64,000 bases of DNA. Origin: an uncultured Spirochaetota bacterium (GTDB taxonomy: Bacteria; Spirochaetota; Spirochaetia; SZUA-6; Fen-1364). The notes beneath the pieces were generated by a model, which ran no database searches, had not been told where the DNA came from, and worked only from the letters and a program-made list of their open reading frames with translations. The stretch is from the NCBI GenBank assembly GCA_963845535.1, contig CAWJSK010000012.1, positions 256,001 through 320,000 on the forward strand, given 5' to 3'. The translations under genes were made by a program, and so were the position numbers. This document shows, in pieces, positions 21,601 through 30,240 of this stretch (position 1 is its first letter; each line of letters opens with the position of its first letter).

Positions 21601-21674
21601 CCACGGGAAGGGAAAGCGTTCAGACCGGGCCGATTGCCGAGGGAGCCCTCAAGGAAGCGCTGGTCATCGACTGA
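18627..21674 (+). CDS. [2Fe-2S] / GltD(NfnB)-like FAD-NADPH / NuoG-like Fe-S fusion protein (StnC-like)
   Basis: IPTLC...CFVC...PSC; CKAPCSLTCP...GRICPRPCE; GGGPAG; GGGNTA..YRRT; RCLECGC; CILCGRC, CISCGQC; CSLCSVGC...LCKKG; no H-cluster motifs seen. Confidence 0.8.
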   Translation: MTMGTDTIEITFDGKKLQVQPGQTILDVAESQGVRIPTLCNDRRLDPYASCFVCLVKVEKAKGFVPSCGTRVAPGMVISTQAPEVTAARRMAFELILSSHYGDCKAPCSLTCPSNIDIQGYLGLVANGKPQEALDLIRQDNPMPAVIGRICPRPCEQKCRRNLVDEPLNINGVKRFVADLEAQAGGIAARPMPKRMGKKVAIIGGGPAGLSAAWFLSEKGVDVTLYEAMEKAGGMLRYGIPDYRLPPAVLDGAIRDMLSLGATLKTGVRLGKDVTVEKLRAESDAVVVAIGAWKSRTLRIPGEDHPAVLSGIDFLRDVNAGKPVKVGRQVAIVGGGNTALDAARCSLRHGAEKVTMYYRRTRDEMPASDAEIEEAIEEGIQIQYLAAPVSIQTEGGSLKSLTLLKMELGEPDASGRRRPVPVEGSEYSVPVDTIISAVGQFSDTKLLSSLEGVVDAKGNVAADVETGITSAPGVFVAGDLLTGTDIAIRAVAGGKHAARAVLAYFEGRTYARPKEFLSKKADFKEPVSADFKDTPRVAREKPRVMSAEKRKKSFVEIESTITAEQAAAEASRCLECGCQDVRDCALKQYATEYDVSAKRFTGDVPIHPVDNSHPLIARDPSKCILCGRCVRICLEVQGIGVFGYIHRGFASVIAPSFGTPFGNDTSCISCGQCVSACPVGALTEKLPARKNVPLPERAEEGICSLCSVGCAIEYRWHGTLFTRVTERYAAPNNGKLCKKGKFGHDFLNSPEPAPVDLKTARAAAHALLAGAQSPLMRISGRLSGETIDAFLDAAARKRIPVVAEGLEGLDPRWADLEAAQPQRTGNGTKPIRILVGDIAASHNVAFTEAFRQHRQGSIDLWIACHDDETTRRAASRVDADLAAALNGALASDAPVEVVVSPENAPHRALETLLAVRSRVRISLYWSSRNAGYLFRRTTGMSRMAKQPDLLLDVGVEASSNGTKRIAWGMTAVKADLFIPLARELWLRGRSHPTGRESVQTGPIAEGALKEALVID

Positions 21675-22261
21675 CTGCTGCCGGGTTGACCGAAAGCCCG
21701 CAGCAGCGTTTCCGTCACGGACTTCATCCAGTCCCGCCTGCGCACGGGATCAGGTCCGCGCATGTCCCTGACGACATAACACTCGGCCTCCATCCCGCAT
21801 CTGCCCAGGACGGCATCTTTCCACAGGGACTCCAGGGCACCGGGCCGCTCCCCTTCCTCAGCGTCAGATGTGCAGAAAACAAGGCCCTTCTTGCCGGCAA
21901 GGAGCCCCTTCCACTTCTTCTCTGAACCGTCCTCACCTTCAAGCTCGTACGCAACGCCCTGGCGGAAAACCCTGTCCACCCAACCTTTGAGCATGGCCGG
22001 CGGCTGGCTCCACCAGTCGGGGTGGAAAATCACGAGCCCCTCCGCCTGTGAGAGCTGGCGGGAATGCTCCTGCACGAGGTCATCCAGGCTGTACAGCCGG
22101 GAGAGCTCGGAGGAGTCCAGCACCGGGTCGAACCCCTCTTCATGGAGGTCGTGGAAATAGACCTCATGGCCGAGGGCAACCAGCGTGTCCCGAGCGCTGG
22201 CGGCGAGCGTGTGATTGAAGCTCCCGGGCCGCGGATGGCACAGGATGAGCAGAACTTTCAT
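21620..22261 (-). CDS. flavodoxin-like NAD(P)H-dependent (quinone) oxidoreductase
   Basis: MKVLLILCHPRPGSFN, DLHEEGFDP, HPDWWSQPPAMLKGWVDRVF. Confidence 0.88.
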   Translation of the reverse strand: MKVLLILCHPRPGSFNHTLAASARDTLVALGHEVYFHDLHEEGFDPVLDSSELSRLYSLDDLVQEHSRQLSQAEGLVIFHPDWWSQPPAMLKGWVDRVFRQGVAYELEGEDGSEKKWKGLLAGKKGLVFCTSDAEEGERPGALESLWKDAVLGRCGMEAECYVVRDMRGPDPVRRRDWMKSVTETLLRAFGQPGSSQSMTSASLRAPSAIGPV

Positions 22262-22267
22262 CGTATT

Positions 22268-22300
22268 AAACTTGACTAAATAAGTCAGGTAAGTCAATTT
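22268..22300. promoter_or_regulatory. IscR/Rrf2-type operator overlapping divergent promoters (flavodoxin-like gene / suf operon)
   Basis: AAACTTGACTAAATAAGTCAGGTAA resembles the IscR type-1 consensus ATASYYGACTRWWWYAGTCRRSTAT; TTGACT hexamers on both strands. Confidence 0.65.
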
Positions 22301-22324
22301 ATTAGCAGGAAGGATGGAGGGAAC

Positions 22325-22624
22325 ATGGTATCCCGGGACGCTGTTTTCATGGTGCTGAAGAACGTCGAGGACCCCGAAATCATGATGAACGTCGTGGACC
22401 TGGGACTCGTGTACAGGGTTGACGTCAAAGAAGATGCAATCGAAGTGGACTTCACGCTCACCTACCCTGGCTGCCCGGCAGAAGAATTGATCCGCAATGA
22501 CATCATTGAAACGCTCAGGGACGCGTTCGGCCTCGAAGTGAAAGCTACTATCGTATGGTCGCCGATGTGGGGCCCCGAGCGCATGAGCGAAGAGGCCCGT
22601 CTCGCTCTTGGATACCCGATCTAG
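22325..22624 (+). CDS. sufT: DUF59 metal-sulfur cluster assembly factor
   Basis: VEDPEI..NVVDLGLVY, TLTYPGCP, W.PERMSEEARLALG. Confidence 0.88.
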   Translation: MVSRDAVFMVLKNVEDPEIMMNVVDLGLVYRVDVKEDAIEVDFTLTYPGCPAEELIRNDIIETLRDAFGLEVKATIVWSPMWGPERMSEEARLALGYPI

Positions 22625-22641
22625 CGCGGCCGAAGGCCGCG
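22625..22641 (+). other. GC-rich intercistronic hairpin
   Basis: CGCGGCC-GAA-GGCCGCG between sufT and sufC, no U tract. Confidence 0.5.
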
Positions 22642-22684
22642 GACGCCCAAGGGCGCCAACAGCCAAGGAAATGAAAGGAACCAG

Positions 22685-23491
22685 ATGGCAAAACTGATAC
22701 AGGTAAAGAATCTCCAGGCATCAATTGCGGGGAAGCCCATTCTCCAGGGGATTGACCTGACCCTTCGCGTGGGGGAGGTTCACGCGCTCATGGGCCCCAA
22801 CGGGTCGGGAAAAAGCACGCTTGCAAACGTGCTCATGGGCCACCCCGCGTACACGGTGACAGGGGGCAGCGTGCTCCTGGACGGAGAGGACTTCCTGGCC
22901 CTGAAGCCTGACGAGCGGGCCCGTCTCGGCGTGTTTCTTGCCTTCCAGTACCCCGTGGAAATCCCCGGTGTGACAGTGGGCAAGTTCCTGAAGCGCGCCT
23001 CGGAGTTGCGCGGAGCGGGGCCGCGCACGGACGGCAAGGGAATGGACGTGACCGGGTTCATCAAGCGCCTGCGGCAGGCCATGGACTTCATGGAGATCGA
23101 CCAGGCCTTCATCAACCGCTACCTGAACCAGGGCTTCTCCGGCGGAGAAAAGAAACGCATGGAAGTCCTCCAGATGCTCATGCTCGAGCCTTCTTTCGCC
23201 GTCATGGACGAGACGGACTCCGGCCTGGACATCGACGCGCTGAAGGTGGTCGCGCGGGGCGTGAACAAGCTTCGCGGCGAGGGCTTCGGCGCTCTCATCA
23301 TCACGCATTACCAGCGGATACTCACCCAAATCGTGCCCGACTACGTGCACATCATGTACAAGGGCAGGATTGCCACATCGGGTGGAAAAGAACTGGTGGA
23401 GACCCTGGAGAGCAGGGGATACGACTGGGTGCGCGCACAGTACGGCATAGAGGAGGACGTTCATGAAGTCGCAAGCGCCGTCAACGGTTGA
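22685..23491 (+). CDS. sufC: Fe-S cluster assembly ATPase
   Basis: [47 protein letters not shown]. Confidence 0.95.
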   Translation: MAKLIQVKNLQASIAGKPILQGIDLTLRVGEVHALMGPNGSGKSTLANVLMGHPAYTVTGGSVLLDGEDFLALKPDERARLGVFLAFQYPVEIPGVTVGKFLKRASELRGAGPRTDGKGMDVTGFIKRLRQAMDFMEIDQAFINRYLNQGFSGGEKKRMEVLQMLMLEPSFAVMDETDSGLDIDALKVVARGVNKLRGEGFGALIITHYQRILTQIVPDYVHIMYKGRIATSGGKELVETLESRGYDWVRAQYGIEEDVHEVASAVNG

Positions 23492-24869
23492 AATAGGCGA
23501 GTACCAGCACGGTTTTTCTTTCCCTGACGAATCCGTCTTCAAGACCCGCAAGGGCCTGGACGAGGAGGTCGTCAACGCGATCTCCAGCCACAAGGGAGAG
23601 CCGGAGTGGATGAGGCAGTTCCGCCTGCGCTCCCTGCGGGCTTTCCAGAAAAAGTCCATGCCCAACTGGGGCGCGGACCTCTCCGACATCAACTTCGACG
23701 AGCTGTACTACTACGCCAAGCCCACGGATGACCAGAAGAAGAGCTGGGATGACGTTCCCGCGTACATCAAGGAGACATTCGAGCGCATCGGGATCCCCGA
23801 GGCGGAGAGGAAGTTCCTGGCGGGAGTGGGAGCGCAGTACGACTCCGAGATGGTGTACCACAGCATCAAGGAGGACCTCTCGAAGAAGGGCGTCATCTTC
23901 ACGGACCCTGAGAGCGCGGTGCGGGACCATCCCGACCTCGTGAAGCAGTATTTCGGCACGGTCATCCCGTACCTCGACAACAAGTTCGCGGCGCTCAACA
24001 GCGCCGTGTGGTCAGGCGGGAGCTTCGTGTACGTGCCCAAGGGCGTGAAGGTGGACGTGCCGCTCCAGGCGTACTTCCGGATTAATGCAAAGAGCTTCGG
24101 CCAGTTCGAGCGGACGCTCATCATCGCGGATGAAGGAAGCTTCGTGCACTACATCGAGGGCTGCACCGCCCCCATCTATGCAACGGAGTCCCTCCATAGC
24201 GCGGTGGTGGAGATCATTGCGCTGCCGGGGTCCCGCGTCCGCTACACCACCATCCAGAACTGGTCCGCCGACGTGTACAACCTGGTCACCAAACGGGCCA
24301 TGGCGTACAAGGACGCCACGGTGGAATGGGTGGACGGCAACATCGGGTCAAAAAGGACCATGAAGTATCCCTCCATCTACCTCATGGGCGAAGGCGCCCA
24401 CGGGGAGGTCCTCTCCATCGCGTTTGCCGGAAAGGGCCAGGAGCAGGACACCGGCGGCAAGGCCGTCCACGCGGCCAGCCACACCTCCTCCATCATCACG
24501 GCAAAGTCCATCAGCAAGGGAGGCGGCGTGGCAAGCTACCGCGGCCTCCTCAAGGTGAACGAAGGCCTTCATGACGTGCGCTCCCGCGTGGTCTGCGACG
24601 CCCTCATCCTCGATGAGAGGTCCCGCAGCAACACCTATCCCTACATGGAGATCAACTCGGACGACGTGTCCATCGAGCACGAGGCGAGGGTCAGCAAGAT
24701 CAGCGAAGAGCAGCTGTTCTACCTCCAGAGCCGGGGCATGAGCGAGGCAGAGGCTTCCACGATGATCGTCAACGGGTTCCTGGACCCGCTGGTCAAGCAG
24801 CTTCCCATGGAGTACGCCGTGGAGCTCAACCGCTTGATAGAGCTGGAGATGGCGGGGACGGTAGGCTGA
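23463..24869 (+). CDS. sufB: Fe-S cluster assembly scaffold
   Basis: [45 protein letters not shown]. Confidence 0.96.
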   Translation: MKSQAPSTVEIGEYQHGFSFPDESVFKTRKGLDEEVVNAISSHKGEPEWMRQFRLRSLRAFQKKSMPNWGADLSDINFDELYYYAKPTDDQKKSWDDVPAYIKETFERIGIPEAERKFLAGVGAQYDSEMVYHSIKEDLSKKGVIFTDPESAVRDHPDLVKQYFGTVIPYLDNKFAALNSAVWSGGSFVYVPKGVKVDVPLQAYFRINAKSFGQFERTLIIADEGSFVHYIEGCTAPIYATESLHSAVVEIIALPGSRVRYTTIQNWSADVYNLVTKRAMAYKDATVEWVDGNIGSKRTMKYPSIYLMGEGAHGEVLSIAFAGKGQEQDTGGKAVHAASHTSSIITAKSISKGGGVASYRGLLKVNEGLHDVRSRVVCDALILDERSRSNTYPYMEINSDDVSIEHEARVSKISEEQLFYLQSRGMSEAEASTMIVNGFLDPLVKQLPMEYAVELNRLIELEMAGTVG

Positions 24870-26119
24870 TGGCGGACAGAAAAGAACCCGTCTGGATGCA
24901 GGAGCTGCGGGCAAAGGCGCAGGAGCGGTTTGACGGAATGAGCTGGCCCACCACCTCGGATGAGGAGTGGCGCCGCACGGATGTGAGCGGGATCAACGCC
25001 CTGTCCTTTGCGCCCGCCCCTCGCGCAAACGGCGTAAAGCCGGTAATCGCCAACGCCGATGGCGTGGCGGGGACGCTGCGCTTCGACGCGGGCCGGCCCG
25101 TAGAGGCTGGAATCTCACCCGCGTGGAAAGACCGCGGCGTTCGGCTGTTGTCCCTGGCGGATGCCCTGGAGGAGTTCGAGAAACCGCTCAGCGACATTTT
25201 CGATGAAGGGGTGGACGCTTCGGACAACCGGTTCACGATGTGGCACTACGCCTCCTGGAGCCATGGCGCGTTTCTCATGGTCCCGGCCGGCCTGGAGATA
25301 CCCGAGCCTTTCCTCATCGATTTCACGGAAAGAGGGGACGGGGTCCTGAGCGCTCCCCACGTCGTGGTGGTCCTGGGTGAAGGGGCGCGCGCCTCGGTCA
25401 TCCACAGGATCACGGGAGAGCGTGGCGGGGCCGGGGAGCGCATCCTCTGCAACGCCGGGCTGGACCTCATGCTCTCCGACGCCTCCGCGCTCCAGTACTT
25501 CGAGGGCCAGTACCTGGGGCCGCAGTCCCTGTACTTCCGCCAGGCGCGCACGCGCGGCGGGCGGGACAGCTCGCTTCGCCACTACGACGCGGCGCTGGGG
25601 GGCAAGCTCGTGAAGACGCGCATTGACTGCGGGCTTGCCGGCAAGGGAAGCGAGGCGTTCCTGAACGGCGTGTACTTCTGCCGCGACGGCCAGCACATGG
25701 ACATCCGCACCGTCCAGCGCCATCACTCCCCTTCCGCCACGAGCCGGGCCTACTACAAGGGCGCGGTGGCAAGCGGAGGCCGCTCGGTGTTCCAGGGCTT
25801 GATCGAGGTGGATCCCGGCGCATCGGGAACGGACGCGTACCTCACCAACCGCAACCTGATCCTCGGGGACGCCGCGCGGTCGGACTCCATCCCGACCCTG
25901 CGGATCGGGAACAACGACGTGCGCTGCAGCCACGGCTCCACCACGGGCCGCCTGAGCGAAGAGGAGCTTTTCTATCTTGAGAGCAGGGGGCTGTCCCGCG
26001 TCGAGTCGCGCGAGATGCTCGTGATGGGCTACTTCGAGGACCTCCTGGACCACGCGCCGGAGGCGTATCGCGAGGGAGCCCTGGAGCAGATCCGCGAGCG
26101 CCTGGCCAGCGCGGCGTGA
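24869..26119 (+). CDS. sufD: Fe-S cluster assembly protein
   Basis: EEWRRTD, SIPTLRIGNNDVRCSHGST, LFYLESRGL. Confidence 0.92.
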   Translation: MADRKEPVWMQELRAKAQERFDGMSWPTTSDEEWRRTDVSGINALSFAPAPRANGVKPVIANADGVAGTLRFDAGRPVEAGISPAWKDRGVRLLSLADALEEFEKPLSDIFDEGVDASDNRFTMWHYASWSHGAFLMVPAGLEIPEPFLIDFTERGDGVLSAPHVVVVLGEGARASVIHRITGERGGAGERILCNAGLDLMLSDASALQYFEGQYLGPQSLYFRQARTRGGRDSSLRHYDAALGGKLVKTRIDCGLAGKGSEAFLNGVYFCRDGQHMDIRTVQRHHSPSATSRAYYKGAVASGGRSVFQGLIEVDPGASGTDAYLTNRNLILGDAARSDSIPTLRIGNNDVRCSHGSTTGRLSEEELFYLESRGLSRVESREMLVMGYFEDLLDHAPEAYREGALEQIRERLASAA

Positions 26120-26132
26120 GCGCCGCGGCAGC

Positions 26133-26459
26133 ATGAGCGCGTCGGTGGAAACGTGGGTCAGGGTCGCCTCTGAAGAGGAGCTGGTCACCAGCATCTGCGT
26201 GACCGTGGAGGGGAAGGCCATCGCGCTCTTCCGATCGGAGGAAGGGGTTTTCGCGCTGGATGACGTCTGCTCCCACGAGTACTCCCGCCTGTCCGAGGGA
26301 GAGGTGTGGGAGAGAGAGGTGTACTGCCCCAAGCACGGGTCGCGTTTCGCCCTTGCCACGGGGGCCGTGACGGGCCTTCCCGCTACGCAGCCGGTGCGCT
26401 CGTGGCCGGTCAAGGTTGAAAACGGGGGGATCTGGATAGCATGGCAGTCGCAAAAGTAG
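26133..26459 (+). CDS. Rieske-type [2Fe-2S] ferredoxin
   Basis: CSH...CPKHGSRF. Confidence 0.9.
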   Translation: MSASVETWVRVASEEELVTSICVTVEGKAIALFRSEEGVFALDDVCSHEYSRLSEGEVWEREVYCPKHGSRFALATGAVTGLPATQPVRSWPVKVENGGIWIAWQSQK

Positions 26460-27688
26460 CCGCCATGGGCGGACGCACGGTGGAAGACGTGCGTGAAGAT
26501 TTTCCCATCCTTGACCGCACCGTGCATGGGAAGGTGCTCGCCTACCTGGACAACGCGGCAACTTCCCAGAAGCCGCGCGCCGTCCTGGATGCAATCCGCG
26601 TGTACTACGAACGGGGAAACGCAAACGTCCACCGCGCCCTTCACGCGCTCGGAGAGGAAGCCACCGCGGCTTTCGAGCACGACCGCGCGAAGGTCCAGCG
26701 CCTGGTGAACGCGCGCTCGAAGCGCGAGATCATTTTCACGCGCGGGACCACGGAGGCAATCAACCTCGTGGCCAGCTCCTGGGGGGATGCGTTCCTGAAG
26801 AAAGGGGACGTGATCCTTCTCAGCGACATGGAGCACCACTCCAATCTCGTGCCATGGCAGCTCGTCTGTGCGCGCAAGGGCTGCACGCTTGCGTTCATTC
26901 CCCTCACCCCGCAGGGCACGCTGGACCTGGAGGGGGCGGAGAAACTGTGGACGGACAGGGTCCGCATGGTGGCCGTCACCCACGTCTCCAACGTCCTGGG
27001 CACCGTGAACGACGTGAAAGCCATCACGGAAATGGCTCACGCGCGGGGGGCGCTGGTGCTGGTGGACGGCGCGCAGTCCGTACCGCACTTCCGCGTGGAC
27101 GTTGCGGACATCGACTGCGACTTCCTGGCGTTTTCCGGCCATAAGATGTGCGCGCCCATGGGCATCGGCGTCCTGTACGGAAAGGAACACCTCCTGGAAC
27201 AGATGCCTCCGTGGATGGGCGGCGGTGAAATGATCAGCTCCGTGCACAAGGAAAAGTCCACGTGGAACGAGCTGCCGTACAAGTTCGAGGCGGGAACGCC
27301 GAACGTTGAGGGAGCCATTGGCCTGGGCGCGGCAATCGACTACCTCCACGCGTTGGAGTTCCCGGCCATCGAGGCATGGGAAGCGGAGCTCACGCGATAT
27401 GCCTTGGAACGGCTGCAGGAAGTTCCCGAGCTCACCATCTACGGTTCGGCGGCGCATCGAGGCGCCGTCATATCCTTCAACCTCGGCTCCATCCACGCTC
27501 ACGACGTGGCGCAATACCTGGACAAGGAGGGGATTGCGGTGAGGGCAGGCCACCACTGCGCTCAGCCGCTCATGCGGCTGCTTGACATCCCCGGCACGGC
27601 CCGCGCGAGCTTCTCCTTCTACAACACGTTCTCCGAGATCGACCGTCTCCATGACGCGCTCCTGGCCGCCGCGGAGTTCTATGCATGA
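26441..27688 (+). CDS. sufS: cysteine desulfurase
   Basis: YLDNAATSQKP, EHHSN, DGAQ, SGHKM, EAGTP, RAGHHCAQP. Confidence 0.95.
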   Translation: MAVAKVAAMGGRTVEDVREDFPILDRTVHGKVLAYLDNAATSQKPRAVLDAIRVYYERGNANVHRALHALGEEATAAFEHDRAKVQRLVNARSKREIIFTRGTTEAINLVASSWGDAFLKKGDVILLSDMEHHSNLVPWQLVCARKGCTLAFIPLTPQGTLDLEGAEKLWTDRVRMVAVTHVSNVLGTVNDVKAITEMAHARGALVLVDGAQSVPHFRVDVADIDCDFLAFSGHKMCAPMGIGVLYGKEHLLEQMPPWMGGGEMISSVHKEKSTWNELPYKFEAGTPNVEGAIGLGAAIDYLHALEFPAIEAWEAELTRYALERLQEVPELTIYGSAAHRGAVISFNLGSIHAHDVAQYLDKEGIAVRAGHHCAQPLMRLLDIPGTARASFSFYNTFSEIDRLHDALLAAAEFYA

Positions 27689-28125
27689 ACCCCTTCGATG
27701 ACCTGTACCAGGAGATCGTCCTCGATCACTACCGTTCGCCGCGAAACAAGGCAAAGCTGGACAACGTCCCGGAATCCATGGTCCATGAGAACCCTTCTTG
27801 TGGAGACTCGATCAAGCTGGAGGTCATTGTGGACGATTCCGGAAGGCTCAGCGGCGTCAGGTTCGACGGGCGGGGATGCGCCATCAGCACGGCGTCCGCG
27901 TCACTCATGACCGAGAAGCTCAAAGGCCTGACGGTGGAAGAGGCGCGCGCCATGGCGAACAGCTTCATCAGGTCCCTCCGCGGCGATGATCCGGTTGAAG
28001 CGCTGGAAAACATGGGTGACCTGGTGGCGTTCAAGGGAGTCGCGCAGTTTCCCGTTCGCGTGAAGTGCGCCACGCTTGCCTGGCACGCATTCTTGCTCTC
28101 GTTGCCAAAAGCATCGGCAGCCTGA
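27685..28125 (+). CDS. sufU: SufU/NifU-family sulfur acceptor
   Basis: LYQEIVLDHY, NPSCGD, GCAIS, RVKCATLAW. Confidence 0.93.
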   Translation: MNPFDDLYQEIVLDHYRSPRNKAKLDNVPESMVHENPSCGDSIKLEVIVDDSGRLSGVRFDGRGCAISTASASLMTEKLKGLTVEEARAMANSFIRSLRGDDPVEALENMGDLVAFKGVAQFPVRVKCATLAWHAFLLSLPKASAA

Positions 28126-28191
28126 GGGCCCCCGGGCTGCGCGACGGTAGTTTTCCTCGCCCCACGGACCGGATTTCCCTATCTTATGTCC

Positions 28192-29259
28192 ATGTTTGAA
28201 TGCTTTGATCCTCGCCAGGGCAAAATGCTTTGCCTGCTCGACGAGTCTGGAACGCTCCACGCGCCTCCGGAAGGCTTCCCGCTCCTTAGTGACGAGCAGG
28301 CTTTAACCGCGTACCGAGCCATGATCCTGGCCCGGGCAGCGGATGAGTGGGCATTGAGCCTCAACCGGCAGGGCAGGATGCCCACCTACGCGCTGAACGA
28401 GGGCCAGGAAGCCAACTCCGTGGGCGCCCTCATGGGGCTGCGGCCGGATGACTGGTTCGTTCCCGCCTTTCGCGAGCTGGGCGGCATGCTCATGCGCGGC
28501 TTCACCCTCGCGCAATACTACCTGTACTGGTACGGCAACGAGGAAGGGAGCAGGCTTGACCCGGAGAAGTTCCACATGATGCCGGTGGCCATTCCCGTCG
28601 GGAGCCAGATGGTGCATGCGGTGGGGATTGCGTGGGCGGAGAGATACAAGGGCACGGACCGCGTGGTGACGACATTCATGGGTGAAGGGGCAACCTCCGA
28701 GGGGGATTTTCACGAGGCGTGCAACCTTGCCGGCGTGTGGAAAGCCGGGGTCATCTTCTACGTGCAGAACAATCACTGGGCAATCTCTCTTCCCTGGGAG
28801 AAGCAGAGCGCGTCCCCCACAGCGGCGGAGAAGGCATTTGCATACGGTTTCGAAGGGGTGCGAATCGACGGCAACGACATCTTTGCGGTGTACGCAACGG
28901 TGAAAGCCGCCGCCGAACGCGCCCGTCGCGGAGAGGGTCCGACTCTCATCGAGGGGCTCACCTATCGATTGGGGGCTCATACCACCTCGGATGATCCCAC
29001 GCGGTATCGCGCGGACGAAGACGTGAAGCGATGGCGGCAGCGCGACCCCGTGACGCGCCTCGAGCGCTTCCTTCTGGAGCGGGAGATACTCACCTCGGAG
29101 GACATGCGCGCCATCCGAGAGGAGTCGGTCACGTGGGCGCGCGAAAGCTTCGAGGAGGTCGAGCACTCGACGGATCCCACGCTGGAGGATACGTACCGCT
29201 ACCTCTACCATGAGGTCCCCCCCATCCTCCAGGAGCAGATGGACCGGAGGAAAGGGTGA
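28192..29259 (+). CDS. pdhA: pyruvate (2-oxoacid) dehydrogenase E1 alpha
   Basis: RQGRM..Y...GQEA, GEGATSEGDFHE...NN.WAIS TPP motif, YRLGAHTTSDDP; start 28192 or 28186. Confidence 0.88.
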   Translation: MFECFDPRQGKMLCLLDESGTLHAPPEGFPLLSDEQALTAYRAMILARAADEWALSLNRQGRMPTYALNEGQEANSVGALMGLRPDDWFVPAFRELGGMLMRGFTLAQYYLYWYGNEEGSRLDPEKFHMMPVAIPVGSQMVHAVGIAWAERYKGTDRVVTTFMGEGATSEGDFHEACNLAGVWKAGVIFYVQNNHWAISLPWEKQSASPTAAEKAFAYGFEGVRIDGNDIFAVYATVKAAAERARRGEGPTLIEGLTYRLGAHTTSDDPTRYRADEDVKRWRQRDPVTRLERFLLEREILTSEDMRAIREESVTWARESFEEVEHSTDPTLEDTYRYLYHEVPPILQEQMDRRKG

Positions 29260-30240
29260 GAGTCCTTACCCTCCTGGAGGCTGTTACCGACGGACTTCGC
29301 GCCGAGATGGCATCGGACACGTCCGTAGTGGTCTTTGGCCAGGACGTCGGTGTCGAGGGTGGAGTCTTTCGGGCAACCGCGGGACTCCAGAAGGACTTCG
29401 GAGAGTCGCGGTGCTTCGACACACCGCTCATGGAATCCGGGATCGTCGGAGCGGCTATTGGCATGGCGGTGGCAGGGCTGCGCCCGGTGGTGGAGATCCA
29501 GTTCTCGGGCTTCATGCTTTCAGCCTTCAACCAGATCGTCAATCACGCCGCCCGGATCAGGAACAGGACGCGCGGCTCACTGAGCGCGCCGTATGGTGAT
29601 CCGCACCCCGTACGGCGGAGGCATCCGCGCGCCCGAGCACCACTCGGAGAGCATGGAAGCGCTGTTCGGCCACACCCCCGGGCTCAAGGTCGTGGTGCCT
29701 TCCACGCCGCACGACGCCAAGGGCCTTTTGATCTCCGCCATCAGGGACCCGGACCCCGTGATCTTCCTGGAGCCCGCGCGCGCCTACCGCGCCGTGCGCC
29801 AGCAGGTGCCCGAGCAGGCGTACGCCATCCCCATCGGCAAGGCGAAGATCGAGGAGCCCGGGACGGAGCTGACCCTCGTGTCCTACGGGGCGCAGATGAT
29901 GGAGGCGCGCCAGGCGCGCGCGGCCCTGGCCGCGGAGGGCCGTTCCGTCGAGCTGATCGACCTCCGGACCATCTATCCCTTCGACGCAAAGACCGTGGTC
30001 GACTCCGTCAGAAAGACCGGGCGGCTTCTCGTTGTCCATGAAGGCCCTCAGAGCTTCGGTGTGGCCTCGGAGCTGATTGCCACGGTGCTGGACAAGGCAT
30101 TCGACGCGCTGGAAGCGCCGCCGTCACGACTGACCGGCCCTGACGTCATTGTGCCGCTCCCTCGGGGGGAAAGGCACTACCTTATCTCCGCGCAACAGGT
30201 GATCGCGGAAGCCAGGAAGGTGCTCAGCTATGAGCCATGA
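29256..30240 (+). CDS. pdhB: pyruvate (2-oxoacid) dehydrogenase E1 beta (frameshift near 29590)
   Basis: GQDVGVEGGVFRAT, DTPLMESGI, EIQFSGF, then RTPYGGG..EHHSES, DAKGLL, IDLRT in the next frame. Confidence 0.88.

Noticed and set aside
16346..21674. [FeFe]-hydrogenase HydABC, complex I NuoEFG or formate dehydrogenase
   Set aside because: No H-cluster motifs, no other nuo genes, no intact molybdopterin catalytic domain or Sec codon seen; an inserted GltD-like domain is present instead
25115..27754. 879-aa minus-strand ORF
   Set aside because: Antisense shadow of sufD-ferredoxin-sufS-sufU; high-GC codon bias removes stops; no recognisable motifs
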